Of a stretch of DNA of 9,606 bases, positions 1 through 6,357 are shown one piece after another. Positions within the stretch are counted from its first letter, which is position 1; each line of letters starts with the position of its first letter. This stretch comes from a virus (Duplodnaviria > Heunggongvirae > Uroviricota > Caudoviricetes). The translations under genes were made by a program, and so were the position numbers. The notes below the pieces were generated by a model. That model was not told the DNA's origin, searched no databases, and saw nothing but the letters and a program-made list of their open reading frames with translations. Where the stretch lies: positions 1 to 9,606 of IMG/VR virus record IMGVR_UViG_2541047901_000004. One strand, 5' to 3'.

Positions 1-1239
1 ATGGGCAGCGCAATTCATAGACTTAGCGATACTTTTTTACGAAAATTAAGCGGATCACCAGCCACAAAAAACGCCTTTTTTAATGACGGTGGCAATCTTA
101 GCGTAAGACATTCCACCAGCGGCCTTTTAACCTGGTATTTCACTTACAGGGCCGGAACTGGTAGGCAGGTATCACCTGAACGTCTGAGGCTGGGCAATTA
201 TCCCGATCTGAGCCTGAAAGCAGCCAGGGAAAAAGCGGCACAGTGTCGCGCCTGGCTGGCGGAGGGGAAAAATCCACGCCATGAGCTTAATCACACAGTG
301 CAGGAAGCGTTATCACCTGTGACGGTTAAGGAAGCGCTCACTTACTGGCTTGAGTCGTATGCGAAGGAAAAGCGCACAGACTACGAATCTCTGAAGAGCC
401 GGATCAATAAACACATAATCAGCCAGATTGGCGCTATGCCGCTGGAGAAATGCGAGCTACGGCACTGGCTGGCCTGTTTTGATCAGATGGCAAAGCTAAG
501 CCCTGTATCTGCCGGATTTTTGCTACAGGTATGCAAGCAGGCGCTTAAATACTGCCGCAAACGTCGCTACGCAATCAGCAACGTTCTTGATGATATGGTT
601 GTCGGTGATGTGGGAAAAAAAGCAGAAGTGAGCGAGCGCGTACTAACAAACAAGGAGCTTGGGGAATTACTCCGCGCCCTGGATGACAAAATATTCCCGC
701 CGTACTACAGCGCTCTGATTCGCCTCCTGATTGTTTTTGGATGCCGTACCACTGAGCTAAGACGCTCTGAGGTGCAGGAGTGGGATTTTAAGGAAATGCT
801 CTGGACAGTGCCGAAGGAGCACAGCAAAACGAAGGTCGCCATATTCAGGCCAATACCGGAAAGCATTTTGCCGTTCGTCACGCAGCTGGTGGAGCAGAAC
901 CGACGCACGGGTTTATTGCTTGGTGAACTGAAAGGGCAATCTTCGGTAGCAGAGTACGGAAGAACAGCGCACAGGCGCATTAATCAAGCCCCCTGGTCGT
1001 TGCATGACATCCGGCACACATTTACAACCATGCTGAACGATTTAGGCGTGGATCCGCATATTGTCGAGCAGCTTACAGCCCACCAGATGCCAGGGATGCA
1101 ACGAGTCTATAACCACTCCCGTTATCTCGATGCGAAACGTGATGCTCTTAATCTATGGGTAGACCGTCTCGAGCTTCTCCAGAACAATGATGAAAAAATC
1201 GTTGTTATGACCCCGCGAATTTACCACCAAAATTCTTGA
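1..1239 (+). CDS. int: Tyrosine recombinase / P4-type integrase (N-terminal arm-binding DUF4102-like region plus catalytic domain)
   Basis: This is a 412-aa ORF. The N-terminus (LSDTFLRKL...NDGGNLSVRHSTSGLLTWYFTYR) matches the P4-integrase arm-binding pattern. The catalytic signature is present: R in FGCRTTELRR, H-x-x-R in LHDIRHTF, and Tyr in RVYNHSRY. The ATG lies at the window edge, so the true start could be upstream. Confidence 0.9.
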   Translation: MGSAIHRLSDTFLRKLSGSPATKNAFFNDGGNLSVRHSTSGLLTWYFTYRAGTGRQVSPERLRLGNYPDLSLKAAREKAAQCRAWLAEGKNPRHELNHTVQEALSPVTVKEALTYWLESYAKEKRTDYESLKSRINKHIISQIGAMPLEKCELRHWLACFDQMAKLSPVSAGFLLQVCKQALKYCRKRRYAISNVLDDMVVGDVGKKAEVSERVLTNKELGELLRALDDKIFPPYYSALIRLLIVFGCRTTELRRSEVQEWDFKEMLWTVPKEHSKTKVAIFRPIPESILPFVTQLVEQNRRTGLLLGELKGQSSVAEYGRTAHRRINQAPWSLHDIRHTFTTMLNDLGVDPHIVEQLTAHQMPGMQRVYNHSRYLDAKRDALNLWVDRLELLQNNDEKIVVMTPRIYHQNS

Positions 1240-1244
1240 CAAAT

Positions 1245-1279
1245 CACGGCTGTTTTTTCTTTAAGAGATTACAGCCGTG
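1245..1279. repeat. 9-bp perfect inverted repeat CACGGCTGT-N17-ACAGCCGTG just after the int stop (weak terminator or protein-binding site)
   Basis: Arms at 1245-1253 and 1271-1279 were read directly. The loop is long (17 nt) and no T-run follows the second arm, so this is not a canonical intrinsic terminator. Confidence 0.3.
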
Positions 1280-1649
1280 AATAAATCGGTAAATATCGAC
1301 AAAATTCGTTGATTTTTTATTTGTCAATCATCGAAAAAATTGAAATGTGCTCTTATTAATCTTTATTTTCTGTTTCTTGATTCTTCCAATGGCTGATTGA
1401 TTTATCTCTTTGTTTTACATTGGATAAATCAGGCGAACTGCCAGATGACGACATTTTTTTGTTGCGTCTCTGAAAAACTCGTGACACGATTTTAAACACT
1501 AACGAGCTTCTACGAACCTTAGCGAACATAGCTTTTGGCAAGGTTGTGTCTTTAATCTAAGAGGTGAAAAATAATTTAAGCTATCTCCGGTCTCATATAT
1601 CTACAGCTAGACAAAAGTTTATATGCGTAAATTTTATGTAGGTTTTTGT

Positions 1650-1859
1650 ATGCGTGAAATAAATGAAGATCGCGTAATTCGCGAAAAAGAGTGCAGAGAG
1701 CTAACAGGCGTTTGCCGCACAACCCGTTATGAGATGGAAAAGCAAGGTCGGTTTCCTTCCCGCATTAGTCTGGGTGGTCGTTCAGTTGGCTGGGTAAGAT
1801 CTGAGGTTGTTGCATGGGTTAATAACCGTAAGCGTGTCAATGTTGGTAAGACTGCCTGA
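1650..1859 (+). CDS. alpA: AlpA-family phage regulatory protein (MerR-like HTH; excisionase/activator type)
   Basis: The sequence IREKECRELTGVCRTTRYEMEKQGRFPSRISLGGRSVGWVRSEVVAWV matches the AlpA/Vis pattern (HTH followed by the G-x-R-x-V-G-W motif). The ORF track starts at 1623. I prefer the in-frame ATG at 1650, which gives a family-typical 69 aa. Neither start has a strong SD. Confidence 0.85.
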   Translation: MREINEDRVIREKECRELTGVCRTTRYEMEKQGRFPSRISLGGRSVGWVRSEVVAWVNNRKRVNVGKTA

Positions 1860-1877
1860 GGTTGTTGCAATGGTACA

Positions 1878-1906
1878 TAAAACAAAGGCGACCGGTGGCG
1901 GTCGCC
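1878..1906 (-). terminator. Rho-independent terminator for the - strand RHH operon (the hairpin may also stop alpA readthrough)
   Basis: The stem is GGCGACCG (1887-1894) / CGGTCGCC (1899-1906) with loop GTGG. On the - strand the hairpin is followed by TTTGTTTTA (complement of 1878-1886). It lies between the convergent alpA (stop 1859) and orf57 (stop 1971). Confidence 0.7.
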
Positions 1907-1970
1907 AGTGGATACACACTAAACATAAGCCCGTGCATCATAGCGATTTGCTGGCTGGTGGGCAATTTGA

Positions 1971-2144
1971 TCAGTCAGATTCGGTTCGTTCCCAGGTTTG
2001 CAATGAGCGCTTTTCCCTGTACTCTTTAAGGAATTGCTCAAGGGCAAAAGCACATGGCGCGAATCTTTCTGATTCATGCTCTATCTTTCTGCGCCGTCTT
2101 TTCCGTGTCGGTGATAATGTTTTGGTCAATTCTTTATCGGTCAT
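1971..2144 (-). CDS. Hypothetical 57-aa Arg/Glu-rich protein, second gene of the - strand RHH operon
   Basis: Sequence: MTDKELTKTLSPTRKRRRRKIEHESERFAPCAFALEQFLKEYREKRSLQTWERTESD. The ATG at 2144 is preceded by AGGA with 8-nt spacing, while the ATG at 2159 has no SD. It lies 57 nt downstream of the RHH stop codon and is followed by the 1878-1906 terminator. No family was recognised. Confidence 0.5.
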   Translation of the reverse strand: MTDKELTKTLSPTRKRRRRKIEHESERFAPCAFALEQFLKEYREKRSLQTWERTESD

Positions 2145-2201
2145 TGTGTTGTCCTGCATAGCAATGCGCCGTAGTTACTCACACCACGGCGCTGGTGATG
2201 G

Positions 2202-2381
2202 TTATTCCTGCTCTTTGGCCTTTCGGCGCTGGCGGCGTTTGATCTCACCTTCAAGCGCCGAAACGATAAATTGCCCAGTGCTTTCGCCTTCTTCCTTTAA
2301 ATTTTCTACAGCGTCAGCTATTGCATGGGGTACTCGTGCCTCAAGTTTTTTGGATTTTCCATTAACTGCTTTCGTTGCCAT
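2202..2381 (-). CDS. Ribbon-helix-helix (Arc/CopG-like) DNA-binding protein, 59 aa; candidate repressor of the divergent control region
   Basis: Sequence: MATKAVNGKSKKLEARVPHAIADAVENLKEEGESTGQFIVSALEGEIKRRQRRKAKEQE. It fits the RHH pattern: an N-terminal beta strand (KKLEARVP), helix, G-x-S/T turn (GESTGQ), and a second helix (FIVSAL). There is a strong SD (AAGGAAA) 6 nt upstream of the ATG at 2381. The N-terminal 58 aa of the tracked 117-aa ORF are hydrophobic junk spanning the promoter region. Confidence 0.7.
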   Translation of the reverse strand: MATKAVNGKSKKLEARVPHAIADAVENLKEEGESTGQFIVSALEGEIKRRQRRKAKEQE

Positions 2382-2402
2382 ATCTGATTTCCTTGTTATT
2401 AG

Positions 2403-2485
2403 GTGGCTGACAGTATACACACAAGAAAATAGAAAAACACTATTGACGTGGCTGACACCTGTCACTAGCATAGTGGCTGACACCT
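2403..2485. promoter_or_regulatory. Divergent promoter/operator region with three direct copies of GTGGCTGACA (2403-2412, 2448-2457, 2473-2482)
   Basis: Copies 2 and 3 are identical over 13 bp (GTGGCTGACACCT) and spaced 25 bp apart. Copy 2 extends into the palindrome TGACA-CC-TGTCA (2453-2464). The candidate + promoter is TTGACG (2443-2448), 17 bp, TAGCAT (2466-2471), and it is overlapped by copies 2 and 3. The candidate - promoter has -10 TATACT (complement of 2412-2417) with a weak -35, and copy 1 lies at its expected start site. Confidence 0.6.
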
Positions 2486-2580
2486 TTATTAAGGTAATCG
2501 ATGAAAAGACAAAGCCCGCAGGTGCTACCAACACCAACGGGCTTCTAACCACCAACGATAGCAGAAGTATCGAGGCAGCT

Positions 2581-2784
2581 ATGAGAAATTATACCAGACA
2601 CCCGCAAGGGCGGGACTCGTACAACCTGAATAAATACATCTGGCGTTTTATCGCCCTGAGCACGGCACAACCGCGCGTGATTACCATTGAGGCCACCAGC
2701 GAACAGGAAGCACGCCAGCAATCCCCGGCTGGCTGCGTGATGGTATTCGCCGCCCGTATTCGTCAGGGGGTGAGTCATGCATAA
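2581..2784 (+). CDS. Icd-like (host cell division inhibitor-like) small protein, 67 aa; first gene of the replication operon
   Basis: Sequence: MRNYTRHPQGRDSYNLNKYIWRFIALSTAQPRVITIEATSEQEARQQSPAGCVMVFAARIRQG. It matches my recollection of the Icd-like family of P4-like prophages (W-x-F-x-A ... SE-x-EAR ... FAAR). A GAGG SD lies 5 nt upstream of the ATG at 2581. It is the only credible part of the 325-aa + ORF at 1807-2784. Confidence 0.6.
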   Translation: MRNYTRHPQGRDSYNLNKYIWRFIALSTAQPRVITIEATSEQEARQQSPAGCVMVFAARIRQGVSHA

Positions 2785-3004
2785 AATACCCTTTGATGTT
2801 CTTGTTCATTCTGAAAACGCATTAATCCGCGCAAAGGAAATGGACGCATTACTACTTAAGTTAATTGATGTGCCGGAAAGTGGCGATGAATCTGATTCAA
2901 TGATGTTTTCTGCCGTGCGTACGCTATTAACGCCTGTTATTAATGAATTAAATACAGTGATGGCAATTCACGAGAATAATAAAGCGCAGCACACCGGAGA
3001 ATAA
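2777..3004 (+). CDS. Hypothetical acidic 75-aa protein
   Basis: The start overlaps the upstream stop, and the SD is GGGGGTGAG. It sits in an operon with flanking + strand genes. No family was recognised. Confidence 0.55.
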   Translation: MHKIPFDVLVHSENALIRAKEMDALLLKLIDVPESGDESDSMMFSAVRTLLTPVINELNTVMAIHENNKAQHTGE

Positions 3005-3009
3005 AAAAC

Positions 3010-3291
3010 ATGAAAAATAAAAATTCTGGCGTTACTGCCAGCGGCCCCGCTCGTCCTGAATTTATGAACGGCGATATTTACCGCGATAAATATGGCGGCA
3101 TGGTAACGATTAAAGGCGTGGCAGAACGGCGCATCACCTACCGCCGTGAAGGTTACGAATATGATTGCGTGATGCCTGTTTATCAATTCCGGCGTGATTT
3201 CACGCTGGTGGGCCATCGTAAAGCCGTAAATCAGAAACGTGCAGCAAGTCATATCCGCAAAATCCGTGAAATGCTGGTCGCAGGGGGGTAA
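3010..3291 (+). CDS. DUF4222-like small protein, 93 aa
   Basis: The sequence GDIYRDKYGGMVTIKGVAERRITYRREGYEYDCVMPVYQFRRDFTLV fits the DUF4222 pattern I recall from enterobacterial P4-like prophages, where it sits just upstream of the primase. A GGAGA SD lies upstream. Confidence 0.55.
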   Translation: MKNKNSGVTASGPARPEFMNGDIYRDKYGGMVTIKGVAERRITYRREGYEYDCVMPVYQFRRDFTLVGHRKAVNQKRAASHIRKIREMLVAGG

Positions 3292-3294
3292 GAA

Positions 3295-5049
3295 ATGAAA
3301 CTGGCACCGAACGTAAAAAAACAGCCTCGCGGAATAAAACACGAACAAACCGAAGTGATCATTTTTGCGGGTAGTGATGCTTGGTCACACGCGAAACAGT
3401 GGCAGGAACACGACGCGCGTACAGCCGGAGATAATGAGCCTCCTGTGTGGCTTGGAGAGCAGCAGCTATCCGAACTGGATAATCTACAGATTGTACCGGA
3501 AGGCCGAACATACGCTCGTATCTACAGAGCCGGACATCTTGCGCCTGTAATGATTAAGGCGATTGGTCAGAATCTGGCTGCGGCAGGCGTACAGGATGCA
3601 AATTTTTACCCTGAGGGAATGCACGGTAAGAAGGTGGAGAACTGGCGCGAATATCTGGCCCGTGAACGCCAGAATCTTTCTGATGGGCTGGTTATTGAGC
3701 TTCCGGTAAAGCAAAAAATGCAGCTTTCGCAGATGGCGGACAGTGAGCGCGCGCAACTGCTTGTCGATCGCTTTGATAGCGTTTGTGTGCATCCGGAAAG
3801 TGAAATCATCCACGTCTGGCGCGGCGGGGTATGGTGTCCGGTCAGCACAATGGAACTGAGCCGCGAAATGGTGGCGATTTATTCAGAACATAAAGCCACT
3901 TTCAGCAAGCGCGTAATCAGTAACGCCATTGAAGCGTTAAAAGTTATTGCCGAACCAATGGGCGAGCCGTCCGGTGATTTGCTGCCGTTCGCTAATGGCG
4001 TGCTTGACCTGAAAACAGGGGAATTTTCCCCGCACTCGCCTGATAACTGGATCACCACACACAACGGCATTGAGTACACGCCGCCAGTACCAGGGGAGAA
4101 TATCCGCGACAACGCGCCAAACTTTCATAAATGGCTTGATCACGCAGCCGGAAAAGACCCGGGCAAGATGATGCGCATATGTGCCGCGCTATACATGATT
4201 ATGGCGAACCGGTACGACTGGCAGATGTTTATTGAGGCCACAGGAGACGGCGGGAGCGGCAAGAGTACATTTACGCACATAGCCAGCCTTCTGGCAGGGA
4301 AACAGAACACAGTAAGCGCTGAGATGACATCGCTTGATGATGCTGGTGGGCGTGCGCAGGTTGTCGGGAGTCGGCTTATCGTCCTGGCAGACCAGCCGAA
4401 ATATACAGGCGAAGGAACGGGCATCAAGAAAATCACGGGCGGCGACCCCGTGGAAATTAACCCGAAATATGAAAAGCGTTTTACGGCGGTAATCAGGGCG
4501 GTGGTGCTGGCAACCAATAACAATCCGATGATATTCACCGAACGGGCCGGAGGTGTGGCACGTCGTCGGGTGATATTCCGGTTCGATAACATCGTAAGCG
4601 AGGCAGAAAAAGACAGGGAGCTACCGGAAAAGATCGCGGCTGAAATCCCTGTCATTATCCGCCGCTTGCTGGCGAACTTTGCCGACCCTGAAAAGGCACG
4701 GGCTTTACTCATTGAACAGCGTGACGGTGATGAAGCACTGGCAATAAAGCAACAGACGGATCCGGTTATTGAGTTTTGCCAGTTCCTGAATTTTCTGGAG
4801 GAAGCACGCGGCCTGATGATGGGCGGCGGTGGCGATTCAGTGAAGTACACGACCAGAAACAGCCTTTACCGCGTCTATCTGGCGTTTATGGCGTACGCAG
4901 GCAGGAGCAAACCGCTAAACGTAAATGACTTTGGCAAGGCTATGAAGCCAGCTGCGAAAGTTTACGGACATGAATATATTACGCGGAAAGTTAAGGGAGT
5001 AACGCAGACTAACGCAATAACAACAGACGAGTGCGACGCGTTTTTATAA
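3295..5049 (+). CDS. P4-family phage/plasmid primase-helicase (D5_N-like region plus SF3 helicase); replication initiator (pri-rep)
   Basis: There is a D5_N-like segment (LPFANGVLDLKTGEFSPHSPDNW). Walker A is GDGGSGKST at nt 4243-4269, Walker B-like is RLIVLAD, and the SF3 motif C-like segment is VVLATNNNP. The C-terminal region is a plausible origin-binding domain. A GGGGGG SD lies 6 nt upstream. The iteron array follows immediately downstream. Confidence 0.85.
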   Translation: MKLAPNVKKQPRGIKHEQTEVIIFAGSDAWSHAKQWQEHDARTAGDNEPPVWLGEQQLSELDNLQIVPEGRTYARIYRAGHLAPVMIKAIGQNLAAAGVQDANFYPEGMHGKKVENWREYLARERQNLSDGLVIELPVKQKMQLSQMADSERAQLLVDRFDSVCVHPESEIIHVWRGGVWCPVSTMELSREMVAIYSEHKATFSKRVISNAIEALKVIAEPMGEPSGDLLPFANGVLDLKTGEFSPHSPDNWITTHNGIEYTPPVPGENIRDNAPNFHKWLDHAAGKDPGKMMRICAALYMIMANRYDWQMFIEATGDGGSGKSTFTHIASLLAGKQNTVSAEMTSLDDAGGRAQVVGSRLIVLADQPKYTGEGTGIKKITGGDPVEINPKYEKRFTAVIRAVVLATNNNPMIFTERAGGVARRRVIFRFDNIVSEAEKDRELPEKIAAEIPVIIRRLLANFADPEKARALLIEQRDGDEALAIKQQTDPVIEFCQFLNFLEEARGLMMGGGGDSVKYTTRNSLYRVYLAFMAYAGRSKPLNVNDFGKAMKPAAKVYGHEYITRKVKGVTQTNAITTDECDAFL

Positions 5050-5062
5050 TTTTTTGTAATTG

Positions 5063-5288
5063 CTGTCTACCCTGTCTACCTGAGTAAATAAAAATACATT
5101 TAATTCAGTGCATTAAGTTAGGTAGATAGCCTTTTTTTACTGTCTACCCACTATCTCCCCTCTCTACCTGATTTTACCTGAATCAGACAGGGAGGTAGAC
5201 ACGGGGTAGATAGTGGATAAAAGCACTCTACCCCGCTGAAAGCCGCGCCATTACTGGCATGAGGGCCACTAAGGTAGATAAGGTAGAC
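5063..5288. repeat. Replication origin: at least 10 copies of the iteron core GTCTACC / GGTAGA(C/T) in both orientations around an AT-rich segment
   Basis: Copies in the CTGTCTACC orientation:
- CTGTCTACC at 5063-5071, 5072-5080 (tandem) and 5140-5148.
- The variant TCTCTACC at 5161-5168.
- CTCTACC at 5226-5232.

Copies in the inverted orientation:
- GGTAGAT at 5121-5127, 5205-5211 and 5272-5278.
- GGTAGAC at 5194-5200 and 5282-5288.

Other features:
- An AT-rich block lies at 5081-5120.
- 5140-5170 and 5186-5216 form an imperfect large palindrome around 5178. Confidence 0.8.
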
Positions 5289-5337
5289 AAGGGGAGGCAC
5301 AACTCAAAACTTTTTAAACGAGGGGGTAAAAATAAAT

Positions 5338-5616
5338 ATGCACACTTCAGGGAAATTTAATAAATCACTCAAAAAACGCAGAGACAGAACAGAACCGAAA
5401 TATCGCGCGTTAGACATGACAGAGCACGCTTTAAAGGTGGCAATCAGAACGATAGACCGCCACGCGGGGGAAGGATACGCGAAAGCACATCCCGAACTGA
5501 TAAGCGCATTCATGACCACGACGGCGGCAAATTTTGCCACGCTGACAGAGCGGGAGATTGCCGAAGCGGAACAGGTAACAACCATCAACGTTAAAACCGG
5601 AGAGCAGACAGCATGA
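5338..5616 (+). CDS. Hypothetical 92-aa protein, translationally coupled to ssb
   Basis: Its stop overlaps the ssb start (ATGA at 5613-5616). A G-rich SD-like GAGGGGG lies about 11 nt upstream of the ATG at 5338, which is suboptimal spacing. An alternative start is at 5416. No family was recognised. Confidence 0.5.
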   Translation: MHTSGKFNKSLKKRRDRTEPKYRALDMTEHALKVAIRTIDRHAGEGYAKAHPELISAFMTTTAANFATLTEREIAEAEQVTTINVKTGEQTA

Positions 5617-6035
5617 CAGCACAGATAGCGGCTTACGGGCGGCTGGTGGCTGACCCGCAGTTAAAGACCACCAGCAAAGGGACACAAATGGCGATGGCGA
5701 GTATGGCGGTTCCCCTGCCGTGCAGCCAGGCAGATGACGGAACGGCGACAATGTGGTTATCCGTTCTGGCGTTTGGTAGGCAGGCCGACGCACTGGCAAA
5801 ACACCACAAAGGCGAACTGGTGAGCGTGGCGGGTAACATGCAGGTAAGCCAGTGGACAGGCCAGAACGGCGAAATACGGCAGGGCTGGCAGGTTATCGCA
5901 GACAGTGTAATCAGTGCCAGAACGGCGCGACCAGGTGGTAAAAAAGGCCAACAGGGGCAGGCCACTGACGCACTGAACAGGGCAAAACAACAGGCGGGAA
6001 ATGATGATCCGTACGGGGATAACATACCGTTTTAA
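5613..6035 (+). CDS. ssb: Single-stranded DNA-binding protein (OB fold with acidic C-terminal tip)
   Basis: The N-terminus (AAYGRLVADPQLKTTSKGTQMA...) and W/F-containing OB-fold core are SSB-like. There is a Gly/Gln-rich linker (PGGKKGQQGQ). The C-terminal DDPYGDNIPF resembles the conserved SSB tail D-D-D-I-P-F. Confidence 0.9.
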   Translation: MTAQIAAYGRLVADPQLKTTSKGTQMAMASMAVPLPCSQADDGTATMWLSVLAFGRQADALAKHHKGELVSVAGNMQVSQWTGQNGEIRQGWQVIADSVISARTARPGGKKGQQGQATDALNRAKQQAGNDDPYGDNIPF

Positions 6036-6051
6036 GCAACGAGTAACAGAG

Positions 6052-6073
6052 GCCGGAGCAATCCGGCTTTTTT
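6052..6073 (+). terminator. Rho-independent terminator after ssb
   Basis: Stem GCCGGA (6052-6057) / TCCGGC (6062-6067), loop GCAA, followed by T6 (6068-6073). Confidence 0.8.
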
Positions 6074-6074
6074 A

Positions 6075-6144
6075 CGGGTCCTCCCGGTGTAGTGACCTGC
6101 CACGGGGCGGGAGCGGCGCGGAAAAAGGCTGGTTTTTGCATTTT
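6075..6144 (+). repeat. Copy A of a 70-bp direct repeat (68/70 identical to 8611-8680); contains a cosN-like GC-rich core but no cosB-like flank
   Basis: The alignment at a constant offset of 2536 bp was read directly. Mismatches are 6116 G vs 8652 T and 6131 G vs 8667 A. The copy starts right after the terminator T-run. The core ACG-GGGCGGGAGCGG-CGCGG lies at 6102-6121. Confidence 0.9.
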
Positions 6145-6334
6145 CATGGCGGCGGCAGCATGTGTGATAATTTATTGATAATTAAAAATTATTTCTGTTT
6201 TCACCTGTACAATATTTTTTTCTCCCTGTCATTAGATCAGTTTGCAATTAATTGAAATATATAAATAAATCTGTTTTTCACCTGCCAGGTGGAGTTGCCT
6301 GTGTCAAAACGTGTTCAGATGGCGGGATATTTAT

Positions 6335-6357
6335 GCCGGATTTTCTCCGGCTTTTTT
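6335..6357 (+). terminator. Orphan rho-independent terminator in the non-coding spacer (possible 3' end of a small RNA)
   Basis: Stem GCCGGA (6335-6340) / TCCGGC (6346-6351), loop TTTTC, followed by T6 (6352-6357). The stem arms are identical to the ssb terminator. No credible ORF precedes it. Confidence 0.6.

Noticed and set aside
705-980. 91-aa - strand ORF inside int
   Set aside because: It is antisense to a confidently identified integrase, with no signals.
1356-1541. 61-aa - strand ORF in the int-alpA spacer (TTG start)
   Set aside because: It has a non-ATG start and no SD for either the TTG or the internal ATG. Its Lys/Ser-rich, low-complexity composition is what AT-rich non-coding DNA yields. 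It is not fully excluded, since a small regulator here would be interesting.
1807-2580. N-terminal 258 codons of the 325-aa + strand ORF (1807-2784)
   Set aside because: The translation is Ser/Arg/Cys/Leu-rich, as is typical of antisense reading. It runs through a terminator hairpin (1887-1906), two well-signalled - strand genes and the promoter/operator region. Only the last 67 codons, from ATG 2581 with its own SD, look like a real (Icd-like) protein.
2545-2778. 77-aa - strand ORF
   Set aside because: It is antisense to the Icd-like gene, has no SD and no recognisable motif, and would collide with the rightward operon.
2968-3348. 126-aa - strand ORF
   Set aside because: It is antisense to the DUF4222-like gene and the primase start. 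Its composition is Phe/Cys/His-rich and non-protein-like.
3484-4850. Several - strand ORFs (3484-3813, 3606-3848, 3879-4112, 3937-4143, 4140-4850) and the + ORF at 3365-3550
   Set aside because: All lie within or antisense to the primase-helicase gene, whose motifs (D5_N, Walker A/B, motif C) establish the real frame.
6075-6144. The 70-bp repeat as a P2/P4 Ogr/Delta-type late-promoter activator site (TGT-N12-ACA)
   Set aside because: I checked the TGT at 6088-6090. Twelve nt downstream the sequence reads CGG (ACG at N11), not ACA. No dyad of that form exists in either copy.
5304-6147. - strand ORFs at 5304-5588, 5431-5799, 5633-6025, 5757-5990 and 5911-6147
   Set aside because: They are antisense to orf92 and ssb. 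The + frame is supported by the SSB motifs and the ATGA coupling. The Pro/Cys/Ala-rich translations are typical of GC-rich antisense frames.
6001-6255. 84-aa + ORF overlapping the ssb 3' end and the spacer
   Set aside because: It reads through the ssb terminator and the 70-bp repeat, has no SD, and the equivalent frame is not preserved at repeat copy B.
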